The notes under the pieces are model-generated. The model worked only from the letters and a program-made list of their open reading frames with translations. It was not told the DNA's origin and did not search any database. Both the position numbers and the translations under genes were made by a program. Positions 40,648 to 51,152 of a DNA stretch of 64,000 nucleotides are shown here, one piece after another. Position 1 is the first letter of the stretch. Each line of letters opens with the position of its first letter. The stretch is from positions 28,538 to 92,537 of the forward strand of contig JAVCCL010000020.1 of the NCBI GenBank assembly GCA_030765505.1, given 5' to 3'. Source of the DNA: Candidatus Kaelpia imicola. Its GTDB lineage: Bacteria > Omnitrophota > Gorgyraeia > Kaelpiales > Kaelpiaceae.

Positions 40648-42106
40648 TTTTCAATCCAGGAATTTTCAAGATTTAGATTTAAAAGGTATAAGTATTGATT
40701 CCAACAAAATTCAAAGAGATTTTATGTTTCTGGCTATTAAAGGTGAGGATAGAGATGGACATGATTTTATTTATCATGCTGTAGAGCGCGGGGCTTCGGT
40801 TATATTTGCAGAGGAAGGCAGGTTCAATGAGGTTGTTTTTTCCGGAAGAGTTATACTTGTCGAGGTAAAGGAGCCGAAGGCTGTTTTGGCAAAGGTAAGC
40901 TCTAATTTTTACCAGACTCCCGAAGGTTCGCTGTATATGGTAGGCATAACAGGGACAAACGGTAAAACCACTATAAGTTTTATCTTGGAACATATTTTTA
41001 AAAGAGCAGGATTAACTACTGGATTAATAGGTACTATCTGTTATAGGGTCGGCAATAGAGAGATTCCTGCTTTTAATACTACCCCCGATGCAATTACCGT
41101 TAGGAGGTATATCAGAGAGGTTGTGGATATATCGGGAGATGCGATATTTATGGAAACATCTTCTCATGGCCTTATTCAGGGTAGGCTTAAAGGGATAGGT
41201 TTTGATAGCGCTGTATTTACAAATTTAGATAAAGATCATCTTGATTACCATAGAGATATGGATAGTTATTACCAGGCTAAGAAGATTCTCTTTGAAGAAC
41301 TTTTAAAAAAAGATGGTTTTGGAGTTATAAATTTGGACGACCCTTACGGTAGGCGGTTATATAAAGATATTTCTCAGGAAAAAGTGAGTTATGGATTTTC
41401 TGAAGATGCAGATATATCAGTTTTAGATTATAAGTTGGATATTAAAGGCAGCTCTCTTAGAATTAAAATCTTTGGAGAAATATTTAATTTCAGTACCTCT
41501 ATGATTGGTATCCACAGCATATACAATATTCTAGCAGCTATTGGTATAGCCGTAAGGTATGGATTGGATAGAGATTCGGTTATCAATGCGATAGAATCTT
41601 TTAAAGGTGTCAGGGGAAGGATAGAAAGGGTGTTTGGGTCTTCCGAGGTCAAGGTCTTTATCGATTATGCCCATACTCCTAAAGCTTTAGAGGAGATGCT
41701 CAAGCTGTTTAAGGGTTTAAAGAAAAACAATCTCTGGGTTGTCTTTGGTTGCGGTGGAGATAGATATAAAGATAAAAGGTATCAGATGGGGCGTATTGCC
41801 TCTAGCCTAGCAGATAAGGTTATAGTTACAACTGATAATCCCAGAGGTGAGAACCCGTTTAATATTATAGAAGATATAAAAAAAGGATTAGGTCAATTGG
41901 GTTCTGATTGCTGCATAGTTCCCGACAGGAGAGAGGCTATAGAGAAAGCTATATATGGAGCGCAGAGAGACGACATAGTACTTATAGCTGGTAAGGGTCA
42001 CGAGAAGTATCAGTTGGTAGATAATCTGGTTATTCCTTTTGACGATAAGGAGGTAGCTCGAAAAGCTTTAGCCAGAAGGACTATGGAAAGAACGGCAAAT
42101 GTCTGA
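40616..42106 (+). CDS. murE: UDP-MurNAc-tripeptide synthetase MurE (meso-DAP type)
   Basis: TGTNGKTT, DHLDYH, DYAHTP, GCGGDR, DNPR, AGKGHE. Confidence 0.95.
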   Translation: MQLSRVLSGIDFQSRNFQDLDLKGISIDSNKIQRDFMFLAIKGEDRDGHDFIYHAVERGASVIFAEEGRFNEVVFSGRVILVEVKEPKAVLAKVSSNFYQTPEGSLYMVGITGTNGKTTISFILEHIFKRAGLTTGLIGTICYRVGNREIPAFNTTPDAITVRRYIREVVDISGDAIFMETSSHGLIQGRLKGIGFDSAVFTNLDKDHLDYHRDMDSYYQAKKILFEELLKKDGFGVINLDDPYGRRLYKDISQEKVSYGFSEDADISVLDYKLDIKGSSLRIKIFGEIFNFSTSMIGIHSIYNILAAIGIAVRYGLDRDSVINAIESFKGVRGRIERVFGSSEVKVFIDYAHTPKALEEMLKLFKGLKKNNLWVVFGCGGDRYKDKRYQMGRIASSLADKVIVTTDNPRGENPFNIIEDIKKGLGQLGSDCCIVPDRREAIEKAIYGAQRDDIVLIAGKGHEKYQLVDNLVIPFDDKEVARKALARRTMERTANV

Positions 42107-43499
42107 ACTATCCTATCCGGAGATTAGAGAGTATTTAAGTACCTTTCTATCGGATGCGAATAGAGAGAGATTTCCTGCCGCCGGTTTTTCAATCGATAGC
42201 AGGACTATTCAGCCAGGTGAAATATTCATTACACTTAAGGGTGCAAGCTTTGATGGTCACGACTTTATAGAAGAGGCTGTTTTAAAAGGAGCTCGGGGGG
42301 TAGTATATCAAGACAATAGCGCTATCGGTGATCTAAGAAAAAATGATAGATTATCTTTTTTTAAGGTCAATGATTCTTATAATTTTATATATCAACTGGC
42401 AAGGTATAAAAGAATCAAGTTTAAGTTTCCTATAATTGCAGTTACAGGCAGTAATGGTAAAACAACAGTCAAAGAGCTTACAGCTGCGTTTTTAAATTCC
42501 AAATTTTCTACTTACAGAAATTATCTTAATCAGAATAATCTTTTAGGTCTCTCTCTGAATATTCTCAACTGTAATTTTGATTATGATTATGCGATTTTTG
42601 AAATAGGGATTTCAAAAAAGGGTGAGATGGATATACTCTTAGATATATTGAAACCTGATCATGGACTGATTACCAATATATCTTCAGCCCATCTTGAATT
42701 TTTACGAAATGAAGAGAATGTTTTTAACGAGAAGGTGAAGCTATTTGAATTTTTGAAAAAAGGCGGGTTTGCTTTTTATTCTAAAGATCAGGATTGTTTT
42801 AAAAGTTTAGATAATAGGATAGAGGCTGGTCTTAGGTTTAAGACATTTGGTTTAAAAGAAGATAACGATTGCTGGCTAAGAGTAGATAAGGTAAATATAG
42901 ATGGTCTTAAGTTGAACTACAGAGATAGTTTTAGTTTAAATTCAAATTTGCTGGGATATAAAAACGGTTTCAATATATCTGCGGCAATCTCAGTTGCAAC
43001 GGAGCTTGGTATAGATTTAGATTCTATTGCCGGAGTTCTGTCTGAATTCAAACCTTTAAACGGTAGAATGAACTATGAAAAGTTTTCCAATATCGACATC
43101 ATAGATGATAGTTATAATTCTAACCCTCAGGCTTTGGCTGTAGCTTTAGAGTTTATTTCAAGCTTAGATTATAGCGGGTTAAAGATTGCAGTTTTATCTG
43201 ATATGTCAGAGTTAGGTAGAGTCTCAGATAAAAAACATTTAGAGGCAGGAATTTTTGCGGCTAATTTAGATATTGATTATTACTTCTGTTGCGGTTCTAA
43301 TATAAAACATTTTGTTCAGGGACTTAAGAGCAGAGGTTTTCCTGAGGAGCGGATTTTGTTTTTGGACCAACAAAGCTTAGTGAAAAATCTTGCGACGATT
43401 ATTAAAAATTCTAAAGAAAGCTCTATGTTATTTTTTAAAGCTTCTCATGGTATGCATATTGATGATATTATTAAAAAAGTCAAAGAGAGGATTATTTAA
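42099..43499 (+). CDS. murF: UDP-MurNAc-pentapeptide synthetase MurF
   Basis: DSR, FDGHDF, TGSNGKTTVKE, DDSYNSNP, DMSELG, KAS. Confidence 0.93.
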   Translation: MSELSYPEIREYLSTFLSDANRERFPAAGFSIDSRTIQPGEIFITLKGASFDGHDFIEEAVLKGARGVVYQDNSAIGDLRKNDRLSFFKVNDSYNFIYQLARYKRIKFKFPIIAVTGSNGKTTVKELTAAFLNSKFSTYRNYLNQNNLLGLSLNILNCNFDYDYAIFEIGISKKGEMDILLDILKPDHGLITNISSAHLEFLRNEENVFNEKVKLFEFLKKGGFAFYSKDQDCFKSLDNRIEAGLRFKTFGLKEDNDCWLRVDKVNIDGLKLNYRDSFSLNSNLLGYKNGFNISAAISVATELGIDLDSIAGVLSEFKPLNGRMNYEKFSNIDIIDDSYNSNPQALAVALEFISSLDYSGLKIAVLSDMSELGRVSDKKHLEAGIFAANLDIDYYFCCGSNIKHFVQGLKSRGFPEERILFLDQQSLVKNLATIIKNSKESSMLFFKASHGMHIDDIIKKVKERII

Positions 43500-43501
43500 A
43501 A

Positions 43502-44587
43502 ATGTTCTATAGGATAATTTACCCTTTAAAAGATATTTTTTTTGGTTTTAACCTTTTTAAATACATTACTTTTCGTTCAATCGTTGCATCAGGATGTTCT
43601 TTTTTTATCTTCATCCTCTTCTATCCAAAGTTTGTACAGTATCTAATTAAAAGAGGTTTGATTGAAAATGTGAAAAGGGAGAAATGCGAGAAGCTCTATA
43701 AGTACCATGTTCACAAAGAAGGTGTTCCCACCTCAGGCGGTATCCTGATAATATTCTCAACTATTATTGCTACCCTGGTTTTTGGGGATGTTTTAAATCA
43801 TTATGTACAGATTGCCTTGTTGGCTTTTCTCTCTCTGGGGGCTTTGGGTTACTGGGATGATATATCTAAAATTAAGAATCAGAAGAGAGGAATATCGAGA
43901 AGATCTAAGATATTAGTTCAATCTCTGGTAGGCGTTATTGTCGGAGGCTATCTCTATTTAAGACCGGATTACAGTCCGGCGTTAGAAGTTCCTTTTTTAA
44001 AAGATTTTATTTTTAACATCGGTATTCTCTATATCCTTTTTGTAGTACTTGTTATTGTAGCTACCTCTAACGCTGTAAACCTCACCGATGGTCTGGACGG
44101 TTTGGCTGTCGGTTCTGTCATAATAGCAGCAATTGCTTTTGCGGTAATGGCATATCTTGCCGGCCATTTTAAGCTGAGCCACTATCTTTTGATCTCTTAT
44201 GTAGAAGGATCTGGGGAGCTCGCTGTATTTCTATCTGCATTGGTAGGAGCTTGCTTTGGTTTTCTTTGGTATAATGCCTATCCGGCTGATATTTTTATGG
44301 GTGATAGCGGCTCTATGGCCTTAGGAGGTGCTATAGCCACTGTTGCAGTGGTTATAAAAAAAGAGCTTCTTCTGTTGATAATAGGAGGTCTCTTTGTAAT
44401 TGAAACCATCTCTGTTTTAATTCAGGTTTTAAGTTTTAAAACGCGGGGTAAGAGGGTTTTTTATTTTGCTCCAATACATCATCATTTTCAGATTAAAGGT
44501 TGGGCGGAGCCTAAAATAATAGTTCGCTTCTGGATTATAGCTATTCTTTTTGCTCTTTTGAGTTTACTTACTTTGAAGTTGAGATGA
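43502..44587 (+). CDS. mraY: Phospho-N-acetylmuramoyl-pentapeptide transferase
   Basis: PTSGG, DD, NAVNLTDGLDGL, FMGDSGS, APIHHHF. Confidence 0.96.
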   Translation: MFYRIIYPLKDIFFGFNLFKYITFRSIVASGCSFFIFILFYPKFVQYLIKRGLIENVKREKCEKLYKYHVHKEGVPTSGGILIIFSTIIATLVFGDVLNHYVQIALLAFLSLGALGYWDDISKIKNQKRGISRRSKILVQSLVGVIVGGYLYLRPDYSPALEVPFLKDFIFNIGILYILFVVLVIVATSNAVNLTDGLDGLAVGSVIIAAIAFAVMAYLAGHFKLSHYLLISYVEGSGELAVFLSALVGACFGFLWYNAYPADIFMGDSGSMALGGAIATVAVVIKKELLLLIIGGLFVIETISVLIQVLSFKTRGKRVFYFAPIHHHFQIKGWAEPKIIVRFWIIAILFALLSLLTLKLR

Positions 44588-45846
44588 AATCGGAGAATAT
44601 TTTCTGTGTAGTAGGTCTGGGCAGGAGCGGGTATGCTGCCGCTCAGCTATTAAAGAGGAAAGGTTTTCGTGTTAAGGTAACTGAATCTTCAAATAGCAGG
44701 GAGCTAAAAAAAAAGGCTTCCTCTCTCCTGGAGTTTGATATTGACGTAGAACTTGGGGCGCATAATGAGGATTTTTATAGAGATGCTGCGCTATATATAC
44801 TCTCACCTTCTATCGACAATAGTAATCCGGTTTTAAAGTATGCCAAGAGTCATAATATTTCTGCGATATCAGAGATAGAGCTTGCTTGGATGTACTCTCC
44901 GGCCAAGGTTATTGCAATAACCGGAACAAACGGCAAAACATCAGTTTCGACCTACATTCACAGAGTTTTAAATAAAATGGGCTATTCAGCTGTTCTGGCA
45001 GGTAATGTAGGTATTCCATTCTCTTCTCTGGTATTAGATCTGAACAAAAATGATTTGGTTGTTTTGGAGCTCAGTTCTTTTCAGCTTGAATATACGGTTA
45101 ACTTCCATCCTTATATAGCTGTTCTTTTAAATATTTCCCAGGACCATTTAGATAGACATAAGAGCATGGATGATTATTCAGGAGCAAAGTTTAAGATTTT
45201 TTCTAACCAGAGTCCGGGTGATATTGCAATAGTTGATCTGTCTCAGAGAATGATTAAGGAGAGAGAGGATTCTATTTTGGCAAAGCTTGTGGATATTTCA
45301 GTTTTTAAATCTCCTGAGATGAGTCAGAATCAAAAAGCAGTCTATCTTATAGCTAAAGCTCTTGGGTTAGAAGATAGACGGCTACTCTCTGAGATTAAGA
45401 AACTTAAAAATTTAAATCACAGGGAAGAGAGTCTTGGTTATATAGCCGGAGTAAGTTTTATAAACGATTCTAAGGCTACAAACCCTGATGCTACTAAGTG
45501 GGCTTTGAGCAATATTGATTCCGATGTGGTTCTTATTGCAGGTGGAAGAGATAAGGATATTGATTTTAGAATAATTAAAGATGAAATCTCAAGCAAGGTT
45601 AAAGCTCTAATATTAATAGGCGAGACAAAAGAGAAGATAGCCAATACAATAGGTGTTTTTGTCGAAGTCGTAAAATTTGCCGACAATTTAAAGGATGCTG
45701 TTAATATATCACTGGAGGAGGCTTCTTCCGGCGATACGGTTTTGCTCTCCCCAATGTGTTCGAGTTTTGACATGTTTAAGAGCTACATAGAGAGAGGCAA
45801 TCTATTTAAAAGAATAGTAAGAGATTTACAGAGATGCAAAAATTAA
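44584..45846 (+). CDS. murD: UDP-MurNAc-L-Ala--D-glutamate ligase
   Basis: GLGRSG, TGTNGKT, ELSSFQLE, DHLDRH, NDSKATN, SPMCSSFDMF. Confidence 0.95.
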   Translation: MKSENIFCVVGLGRSGYAAAQLLKRKGFRVKVTESSNSRELKKKASSLLEFDIDVELGAHNEDFYRDAALYILSPSIDNSNPVLKYAKSHNISAISEIELAWMYSPAKVIAITGTNGKTSVSTYIHRVLNKMGYSAVLAGNVGIPFSSLVLDLNKNDLVVLELSSFQLEYTVNFHPYIAVLLNISQDHLDRHKSMDDYSGAKFKIFSNQSPGDIAIVDLSQRMIKEREDSILAKLVDISVFKSPEMSQNQKAVYLIAKALGLEDRRLLSEIKKLKNLNHREESLGYIAGVSFINDSKATNPDATKWALSNIDSDVVLIAGGRDKDIDFRIIKDEISSKVKALILIGETKEKIANTIGVFVEVVKFADNLKDAVNISLEEASSGDTVLLSPMCSSFDMFKSYIERGNLFKRIVRDLQRCKN

Positions 45847-46925
45847 AATGGAGAGTTATTCTTTTAAGTTTTATTTTAATATCTGCTGGGGTTATATTCC
45901 TTTATAGTTCTTCAGGTATATATTCTGAGATGGTCTTTGGGGATAGTTTCTATTACCTGAAACGTCAATTGCTGTTTATATTTCTAGGCCTAATAGCTGC
46001 TATAGTTGCTTACAAGGTAGATCTTAATAAAGTTGCAAGCCATAGCAGGGGACTTCTTTTTTTTGGATTAGCGATTCTTCTCTCTGTTCTTTTTTTTGGC
46101 ATACGTGCTGGCGGTGCTAAGAGGTGGTTTAGGCTGGGTGGTTTTGGTGTTCAGCCTATAGAGTTTGTGAGGATAATATATATAGTCTATTTGGCAGCAT
46201 TTTTAGAGAGGAGAAGGTATCTTTACAAAAATTTTAGCAGAGTATGCTTTCCGGTCTACTCTATTACCGCTATTTTAATGTTGCTTCTGATACTACAGCC
46301 GGATTTCGGTAATGCTATCTTCATAGCTTTGATCAGCATCTCTTTGCTTTATTTTACGGGAATTCCTTTTAAATTTTTGTTTTACACCCTCATAGGAATT
46401 ATTCCTTTTATCTCTATAGCATTTTGGAAACTACCCTATTTAAAACTAAGGGTCTTGGGTTTTCTATCTCCCTGGCGTCATTCTGAGAGCATAGGTTTTC
46501 AGTTAATACAGTCTTTTATAGCTATAGGCTCAGGTAGATTATTTGGTCATGGACTGGGTCTATCGCGACAGAAACTATTCTATCTTCCTCAAGCACATAA
46601 TGATTTTATATTTTCAATAGTCGCAGAAGAACTTGGTTTTTTAGGAGCATTCTCTTTGCTTTTGGTTTATATTTTTTTGATTTGGAACTTTATCTCTATT
46701 TTAAGTAGAATAGAAGGGTTATTTAAAAGATTGCTGCTTACAGGATTGATTATCTCTTTTAGTTATCAGATAGTTATTAATGTTGGGGTCTGTTTAGGGT
46801 TGTTGCCGACCAAAGGTTTGCCCCTTCCTTTTATAAGCTATGGCGGCTCTTCTATGATAGCGAATATGATTCTAATTGGATTGATTTTAAATATAGCTAA
46901 GAGAGGGGGCAGTCTTAGTGAATAA
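45834..46925 (+). CDS. ftsW: SEDS peptidoglycan glycosyltransferase FtsW
   Basis: GAKRW, QPDFG, LPQAHNDFIF, EELG, LPFISYGGSS. Confidence 0.94.
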   Translation: MQKLKWRVILLSFILISAGVIFLYSSSGIYSEMVFGDSFYYLKRQLLFIFLGLIAAIVAYKVDLNKVASHSRGLLFFGLAILLSVLFFGIRAGGAKRWFRLGGFGVQPIEFVRIIYIVYLAAFLERRRYLYKNFSRVCFPVYSITAILMLLLILQPDFGNAIFIALISISLLYFTGIPFKFLFYTLIGIIPFISIAFWKLPYLKLRVLGFLSPWRHSESIGFQLIQSFIAIGSGRLFGHGLGLSRQKLFYLPQAHNDFIFSIVAEELGFLGAFSLLLVYIFLIWNFISILSRIEGLFKRLLLTGLIISFSYQIVINVGVCLGLLPTKGLPLPFISYGGSSMIANMILIGLILNIAKRGGSLSE

Positions 46926-46968
46926 TATTCTGTATTATTTGTTTTAAGCGGTAGATTGGAATTTATTT

Positions 46969-48009
46969 ATGAACAGAGAGAGTATTTTTCTATTTGCGGG
47001 AGGTAGCGGCGGGCATGTCCACCCAGCTTTAGTCTTAAAAAAAGATTTAGAGTCCCGGGGTCATAAAGCGATTTTATTTATAAGCAACTTTTCTCATTTC
47101 GAGGCGGAATCGGGAATTAGAAGTTTTAAAATATCTAGACTGAAACTATTGGCTTTGATTCAATCTCTCTATATGTTTAATTATCTCTTGGTATTCTTTA
47201 TTTTAAAGAATACCAGTGTTGCCGTAGGGTTTGGCGGATATTATTCATTGGCGGGAATAGTAGCCGCAAAGATTCTTGGGAAGAAGACTTTTATATATGA
47301 ACCCAACATGGCGCTGGGGCGGTCCAATAGAATATTAGCTTATTTTGTAGATAGGATTTTAGTTTTATGGCCAGAGATATCTTTAAAATCTAAGTTAGGG
47401 TTCAAGATTAGAAGAATCAGGCCTTTAATAAGAAGAGAGAGCAGCTTAGTTGTAAAAGATAAGAGATGGCCATTCTCTATTCTGTTTGCAGGCGGGAGTT
47501 CTGGCTCAATGTTTTTAAACAATCTTTTTACAGAGATTATTCAAGGTGGCTTTTTAAGAGGCCAAGACTTAAGGCTTGTTCTCATAACGGGAGATAAGTT
47601 TTACCGCAAAGTCAAAGAGAGAATTGACGGTTTGAATATTAACAACAATCTTAATGTAGAGGTTTATAGTTTTCGCAATGATATGGAAATTTTTCTTGAT
47701 GATTTTGATTTTCTTATTTCCCGTGCCGGAGCTCAGATTATAGTTGAATCAATCTTCTCTGAGCTTCCGACGCTCTATATTCCTTATCCTTACGCTAAAG
47801 AGCATCAGCTTGAGAATGCGAGAAATATGCTGAGTAAGAGAGGTTCTTTTCTTATCAGGCAGGAACTGGCAGATGTAGAAGTTGTTGCTGGTTTTACGAA
47901 ATATATAGCAAGAGATAGAGAGGGTCTGAATCGGGTAAAAGTTAAATTGAGGCAGCTTAAGGGCAATTTCGAAAAAGCGGACAGGTCTATCGATATTATT
48001 TTAAAATGA
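46969..48009 (+). CDS. murG: MurG glycosyltransferase (divergent)
   Basis: GGSGGHVHPA, GFGGY, EPN, GGSSG, SRAGA, PYPYA..HQ..NA. Confidence 0.88.
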   Translation: MNRESIFLFAGGSGGHVHPALVLKKDLESRGHKAILFISNFSHFEAESGIRSFKISRLKLLALIQSLYMFNYLLVFFILKNTSVAVGFGGYYSLAGIVAAKILGKKTFIYEPNMALGRSNRILAYFVDRILVLWPEISLKSKLGFKIRRIRPLIRRESSLVVKDKRWPFSILFAGGSSGSMFLNNLFTEIIQGGFLRGQDLRLVLITGDKFYRKVKERIDGLNINNNLNVEVYSFRNDMEIFLDDFDFLISRAGAQIIVESIFSELPTLYIPYPYAKEHQLENARNMLSKRGSFLIRQELADVEVVAGFTKYIARDREGLNRVKVKLRQLKGNFEKADRSIDIILK

Positions 48010-49364
48010 ACAGGAAGACCTCGTATTATTTAATTGGTATCTGTGGTATAGGTATGAGTTCGCTGGCTCAGCTTATTCAAAGCAGAGGTTTTAAAGTTAG
48101 AGGTTCGGATGCAAGTCCTGATGTTTTAATAGAAAGAAAACTGAGCTCTTTAGGTATTGAAGTATATTTTTCCCATGAAGCTGGAAGAATCAGAGAGAGC
48201 GATATAGTTGTCTATTCGACGGCTGTAGGGAAGAGTAATCCTGAATATATCGAAGCTAAAGGGAAGAACTGCGTTCTACTGCACAGGACATCTGCTCTGG
48301 TTGAAATGCTAAAGGACAGAAAATCCATTGCTGTTACGGGGACTCATGGTAAGACTACAATGACATATCTTCTTGCCTCTGTTCTAAGAAACTATGGTTT
48401 TGACTCGGGAATGATTTTAGGAGGCATATCAAAAGAGATAAACAATAATTTTATTCCCTCTAATTCAAATTATATTTTGGAATTGGATGAGAGTGACAGA
48501 AGTTTTCAGATTTTAGATTCTGATTTAAAGGTATTTACCAGTTTAGGTAATGACCATCTTGAATTTTACAATAATGATTTCTCTGAATTAAAGAGAGAGT
48601 TCAGGTGTTATATGCAAAAAGAAGGAGTTAATATTATATCCGCAGATGATAATTATCTGGTAGAGCTGGCAGAGGCAAGCTCTCTAAAGTATCTTAGTTT
48701 CGGATTTGGACCTAAAGCTGATTATAGGGGTGAATTAGTGGATAAAGGAGATTTTTTCTCAAAGATAAAGCTTTATAAGAACGGTAGTTTTATAACTGAA
48801 TATACTTTGCCCCTTATAGGCTATAAGAATGCATCTAATAGTTTAGCAGTATTTGCTCTTGCTGATATCTTAAAATTAGACCTTTTAAAGATTGCAGAAT
48901 CTTTTTCGGGTCTCTCTGGTATTGAGAGAAGGTATGATCTGAAGTTTTGTTCTAAAGCTGTAACTCTTATGGAAGATTATGCCCATCACCCCAGAGAGAT
49001 AGAGGAAGCGATAAGGACAGTTAAGGAATATTTAAAACCGCCAAGGATTTTGGTCGTTTTTCAGCCTCATAGGTATACAAGAACAGAGATGCTCTGGGAT
49101 GATTATAAAACCTGTTTTAAGGGCGGAGATAAGATCTATATTAGCGATATCTATTCAGCTTTTGAAGAGGTTATCCCCAGCATAAATTCCGAGATGCTGG
49201 TTGAGAATATAGGGTCTTCTAATGTTAAGTATGCTAAGATAGATGAGATTGCAGACTTACTGTTAAATGAAGTTAGGGAGGGTGATATGATCCTTCTCTT
49301 AGGCGCCGGCGATATAAACAAGATTTCAAAGAGATTAAGCGAAGGGTTATCAAGCATTGAATAG
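48006..49364 (+). CDS. murC: UDP-MurNAc--L-alanine ligase
   Basis: GICGIGMS, GTHGKTT, ELDESD, DYAHHP, FQPHRYTR, GAGD. Confidence 0.95.
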   Translation: MNRKTSYYLIGICGIGMSSLAQLIQSRGFKVRGSDASPDVLIERKLSSLGIEVYFSHEAGRIRESDIVVYSTAVGKSNPEYIEAKGKNCVLLHRTSALVEMLKDRKSIAVTGTHGKTTMTYLLASVLRNYGFDSGMILGGISKEINNNFIPSNSNYILELDESDRSFQILDSDLKVFTSLGNDHLEFYNNDFSELKREFRCYMQKEGVNIISADDNYLVELAEASSLKYLSFGFGPKADYRGELVDKGDFFSKIKLYKNGSFITEYTLPLIGYKNASNSLAVFALADILKLDLLKIAESFSGLSGIERRYDLKFCSKAVTLMEDYAHHPREIEEAIRTVKEYLKPPRILVVFQPHRYTRTEMLWDDYKTCFKGGDKIYISDIYSAFEEVIPSINSEMLVENIGSSNVKYAKIDEIADLLLNEVREGDMILLLGAGDINKISKRLSEGLSSIE

Positions 49365-50196
49365 CACTATCTTTGATGGCTACGGGTATTCGTTAAATCC
49401 TCTCTTTTTGCTTGAGATTTCAACGTTAGAGGAACTAAGGGGTACCGTTATTGATTTAAATAGCAAGTATCTAAGATATATGGTCTTTGGGAGATTAAAG
49501 AATATACTCTTCGCTAATCAGCGGAGCGATATTGTTGTTTTGAAGTTAAACGGCAGCATTTTTAAAAAGATTAAAAGAGAGGGAGATATTTTAGATGTTG
49601 GGGCAGGGGTAGAGGTTTCTGAATTGATGAGATTCTCTATAGATAATTCAATTGAAGGATTAGAGTATATGGTCGGCATCCCTTCTACTATAGCTGGGGC
49701 AGCCGTTGGAAATTCGGGGGCTTTTGGAAAAGAGATTTCCGAGAATATAGTTGAGGTTGAATGTCTAAATACTAAAGGAGAGCTGTTGATTTTAAATCGG
49801 GAAAAAATAGATTTTAAATATCGAGATTCCAATCTGGGAAATTTTATTCTGACCAAGGTGTTTTTGAAAATTGCTCTGGGGTCCAGGGCAGAGATAAAGA
49901 AAAATATGAAAGCTTATATAGAGAGGCGGTTCTATACTCAAGATCTAAGAGAGTCTTCCTGCGGTTGTTTTTTTAAAAACCATCTAGAACATAGAGCGGC
50001 TATTTTGATAGACTCTCTGGGTCTTAAGGGTTACAAAAGGGGCGGAGCCGTTGTTTCTGATAAGCACGCCAATTTTTTAATCAGTCTGGATAATAGTTCT
50101 TCTGAAGATATTCTGTCATTAAAAGATGTCTTGCAGAGGAGAGTTTGGAAAGATAAGAAGTTTTGGCTAGAGCCTGAAGTTAAACTAATATGGTAG
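49357..50196 (+). CDS. murB: UDP-N-acetylmuramate dehydrogenase MurB (divergent N-terminus)
   Basis: GLEYMVGIP, GNSGAFG, FKYRDS, SCGCFFKN, SDKHANF, LEPEV. Confidence 0.85.
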   Translation: MNSTIFDGYGYSLNPLFLLEISTLEELRGTVIDLNSKYLRYMVFGRLKNILFANQRSDIVVLKLNGSIFKKIKREGDILDVGAGVEVSELMRFSIDNSIEGLEYMVGIPSTIAGAAVGNSGAFGKEISENIVEVECLNTKGELLILNREKIDFKYRDSNLGNFILTKVFLKIALGSRAEIKKNMKAYIERRFYTQDLRESSCGCFFKNHLEHRAAILIDSLGLKGYKRGGAVVSDKHANFLISLDNSSSEDILSLKDVLQRRVWKDKKFWLEPEVKLIW

Positions 50197-51152
50197 CAGA
50201 TTTAAAAAAATATAGGATTGGAGTTTTAAGAGGAGGACCCTCTTCGGAGCGGGAGATATCTTTGCTTTCAGGAGAGTCAGTTTTAGAGATTTTGGAAAAG
50301 AGAGGTTTTGAAGTTAGAGATATTATAGTTCCGGAGAGAAAAGATAGGAAATATTTAAAAAGCTGGATTTTAAAAGTTTTAAAAGAAGAGAAGATAGACC
50401 TCTGCTTTATAGCGTTGCATGGATGGTTTGGTGAAGATGGAAATATTCAGAAAATATTGGACGAATCCAATTATCTTTATACAGGCTCTAATAAGCATGC
50501 CTGCAAAATATCTATGGATAAGATAGCCTCGAAAGATGTTTTTGAAAAGAATCTTATACCAACACCCCGCTATTTTATAGTTGATGCTGAGAGTAAAGTA
50601 AATTGGTCATTGCTTAAATTCCCGGCTATCCTGAAACCTTCTTCTCAGGGTTCAAGTATAGGGATTTATAAGATCAAAGATAGCATCGAAGCAGAATATC
50701 TTATACCTGAGGTTCTCAATTACGATGGAAGAGTTTTGGTCGAGGATTTTATAGAAGGAATAGAACTTACCGTTGGAATAGTGGAAGATAAGCCTCTTGC
50801 TGTAATCAAAATATCTTCCTCCAGTGATATTTATAATTATGAAGTTAAATATACTGATGGCTTAAGCAGCTACTCAATTCCGGCTGATATAGATAAAAGA
50901 TTGACTGAGAGAGTTCAAGGATTAGCTCTTAAGGCTCACCGGGCGATAGGATGCAATATGTTTTCTAGAGTAGATATACTATATTCAACGGTTAGAGATG
51001 AGGTTTTTGTTTTGGAGGTCAATACTATTCCCGGACTTACGAAAATTAGCCTTTTACCCAAAGCTGCCAAAGTTTGCGGGATTGAATTTGACGAACTAGT
51101 ATTAAAAATGTTAGAATCTGCCTTCAAGGGAGAGAGATGTTTAAGAAGATAG
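50190..51152 (+). CDS. ddl: D-alanine--D-alanine ligase
   Basis: GGPSSEREISL, LHGWFGEDG, GSSIG, YNYEVKY, LEVNTIPG. Confidence 0.95.
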   Translation: MVADLKKYRIGVLRGGPSSEREISLLSGESVLEILEKRGFEVRDIIVPERKDRKYLKSWILKVLKEEKIDLCFIALHGWFGEDGNIQKILDESNYLYTGSNKHACKISMDKIASKDVFEKNLIPTPRYFIVDAESKVNWSLLKFPAILKPSSQGSSIGIYKIKDSIEAEYLIPEVLNYDGRVLVEDFIEGIELTVGIVEDKPLAVIKISSSSDIYNYEVKYTDGLSSYSIPADIDKRLTERVQGLALKAHRAIGCNMFSRVDILYSTVRDEVFVLEVNTIPGLTKISLLPKAAKVCGIEFDELVLKMLESAFKGERCLRR

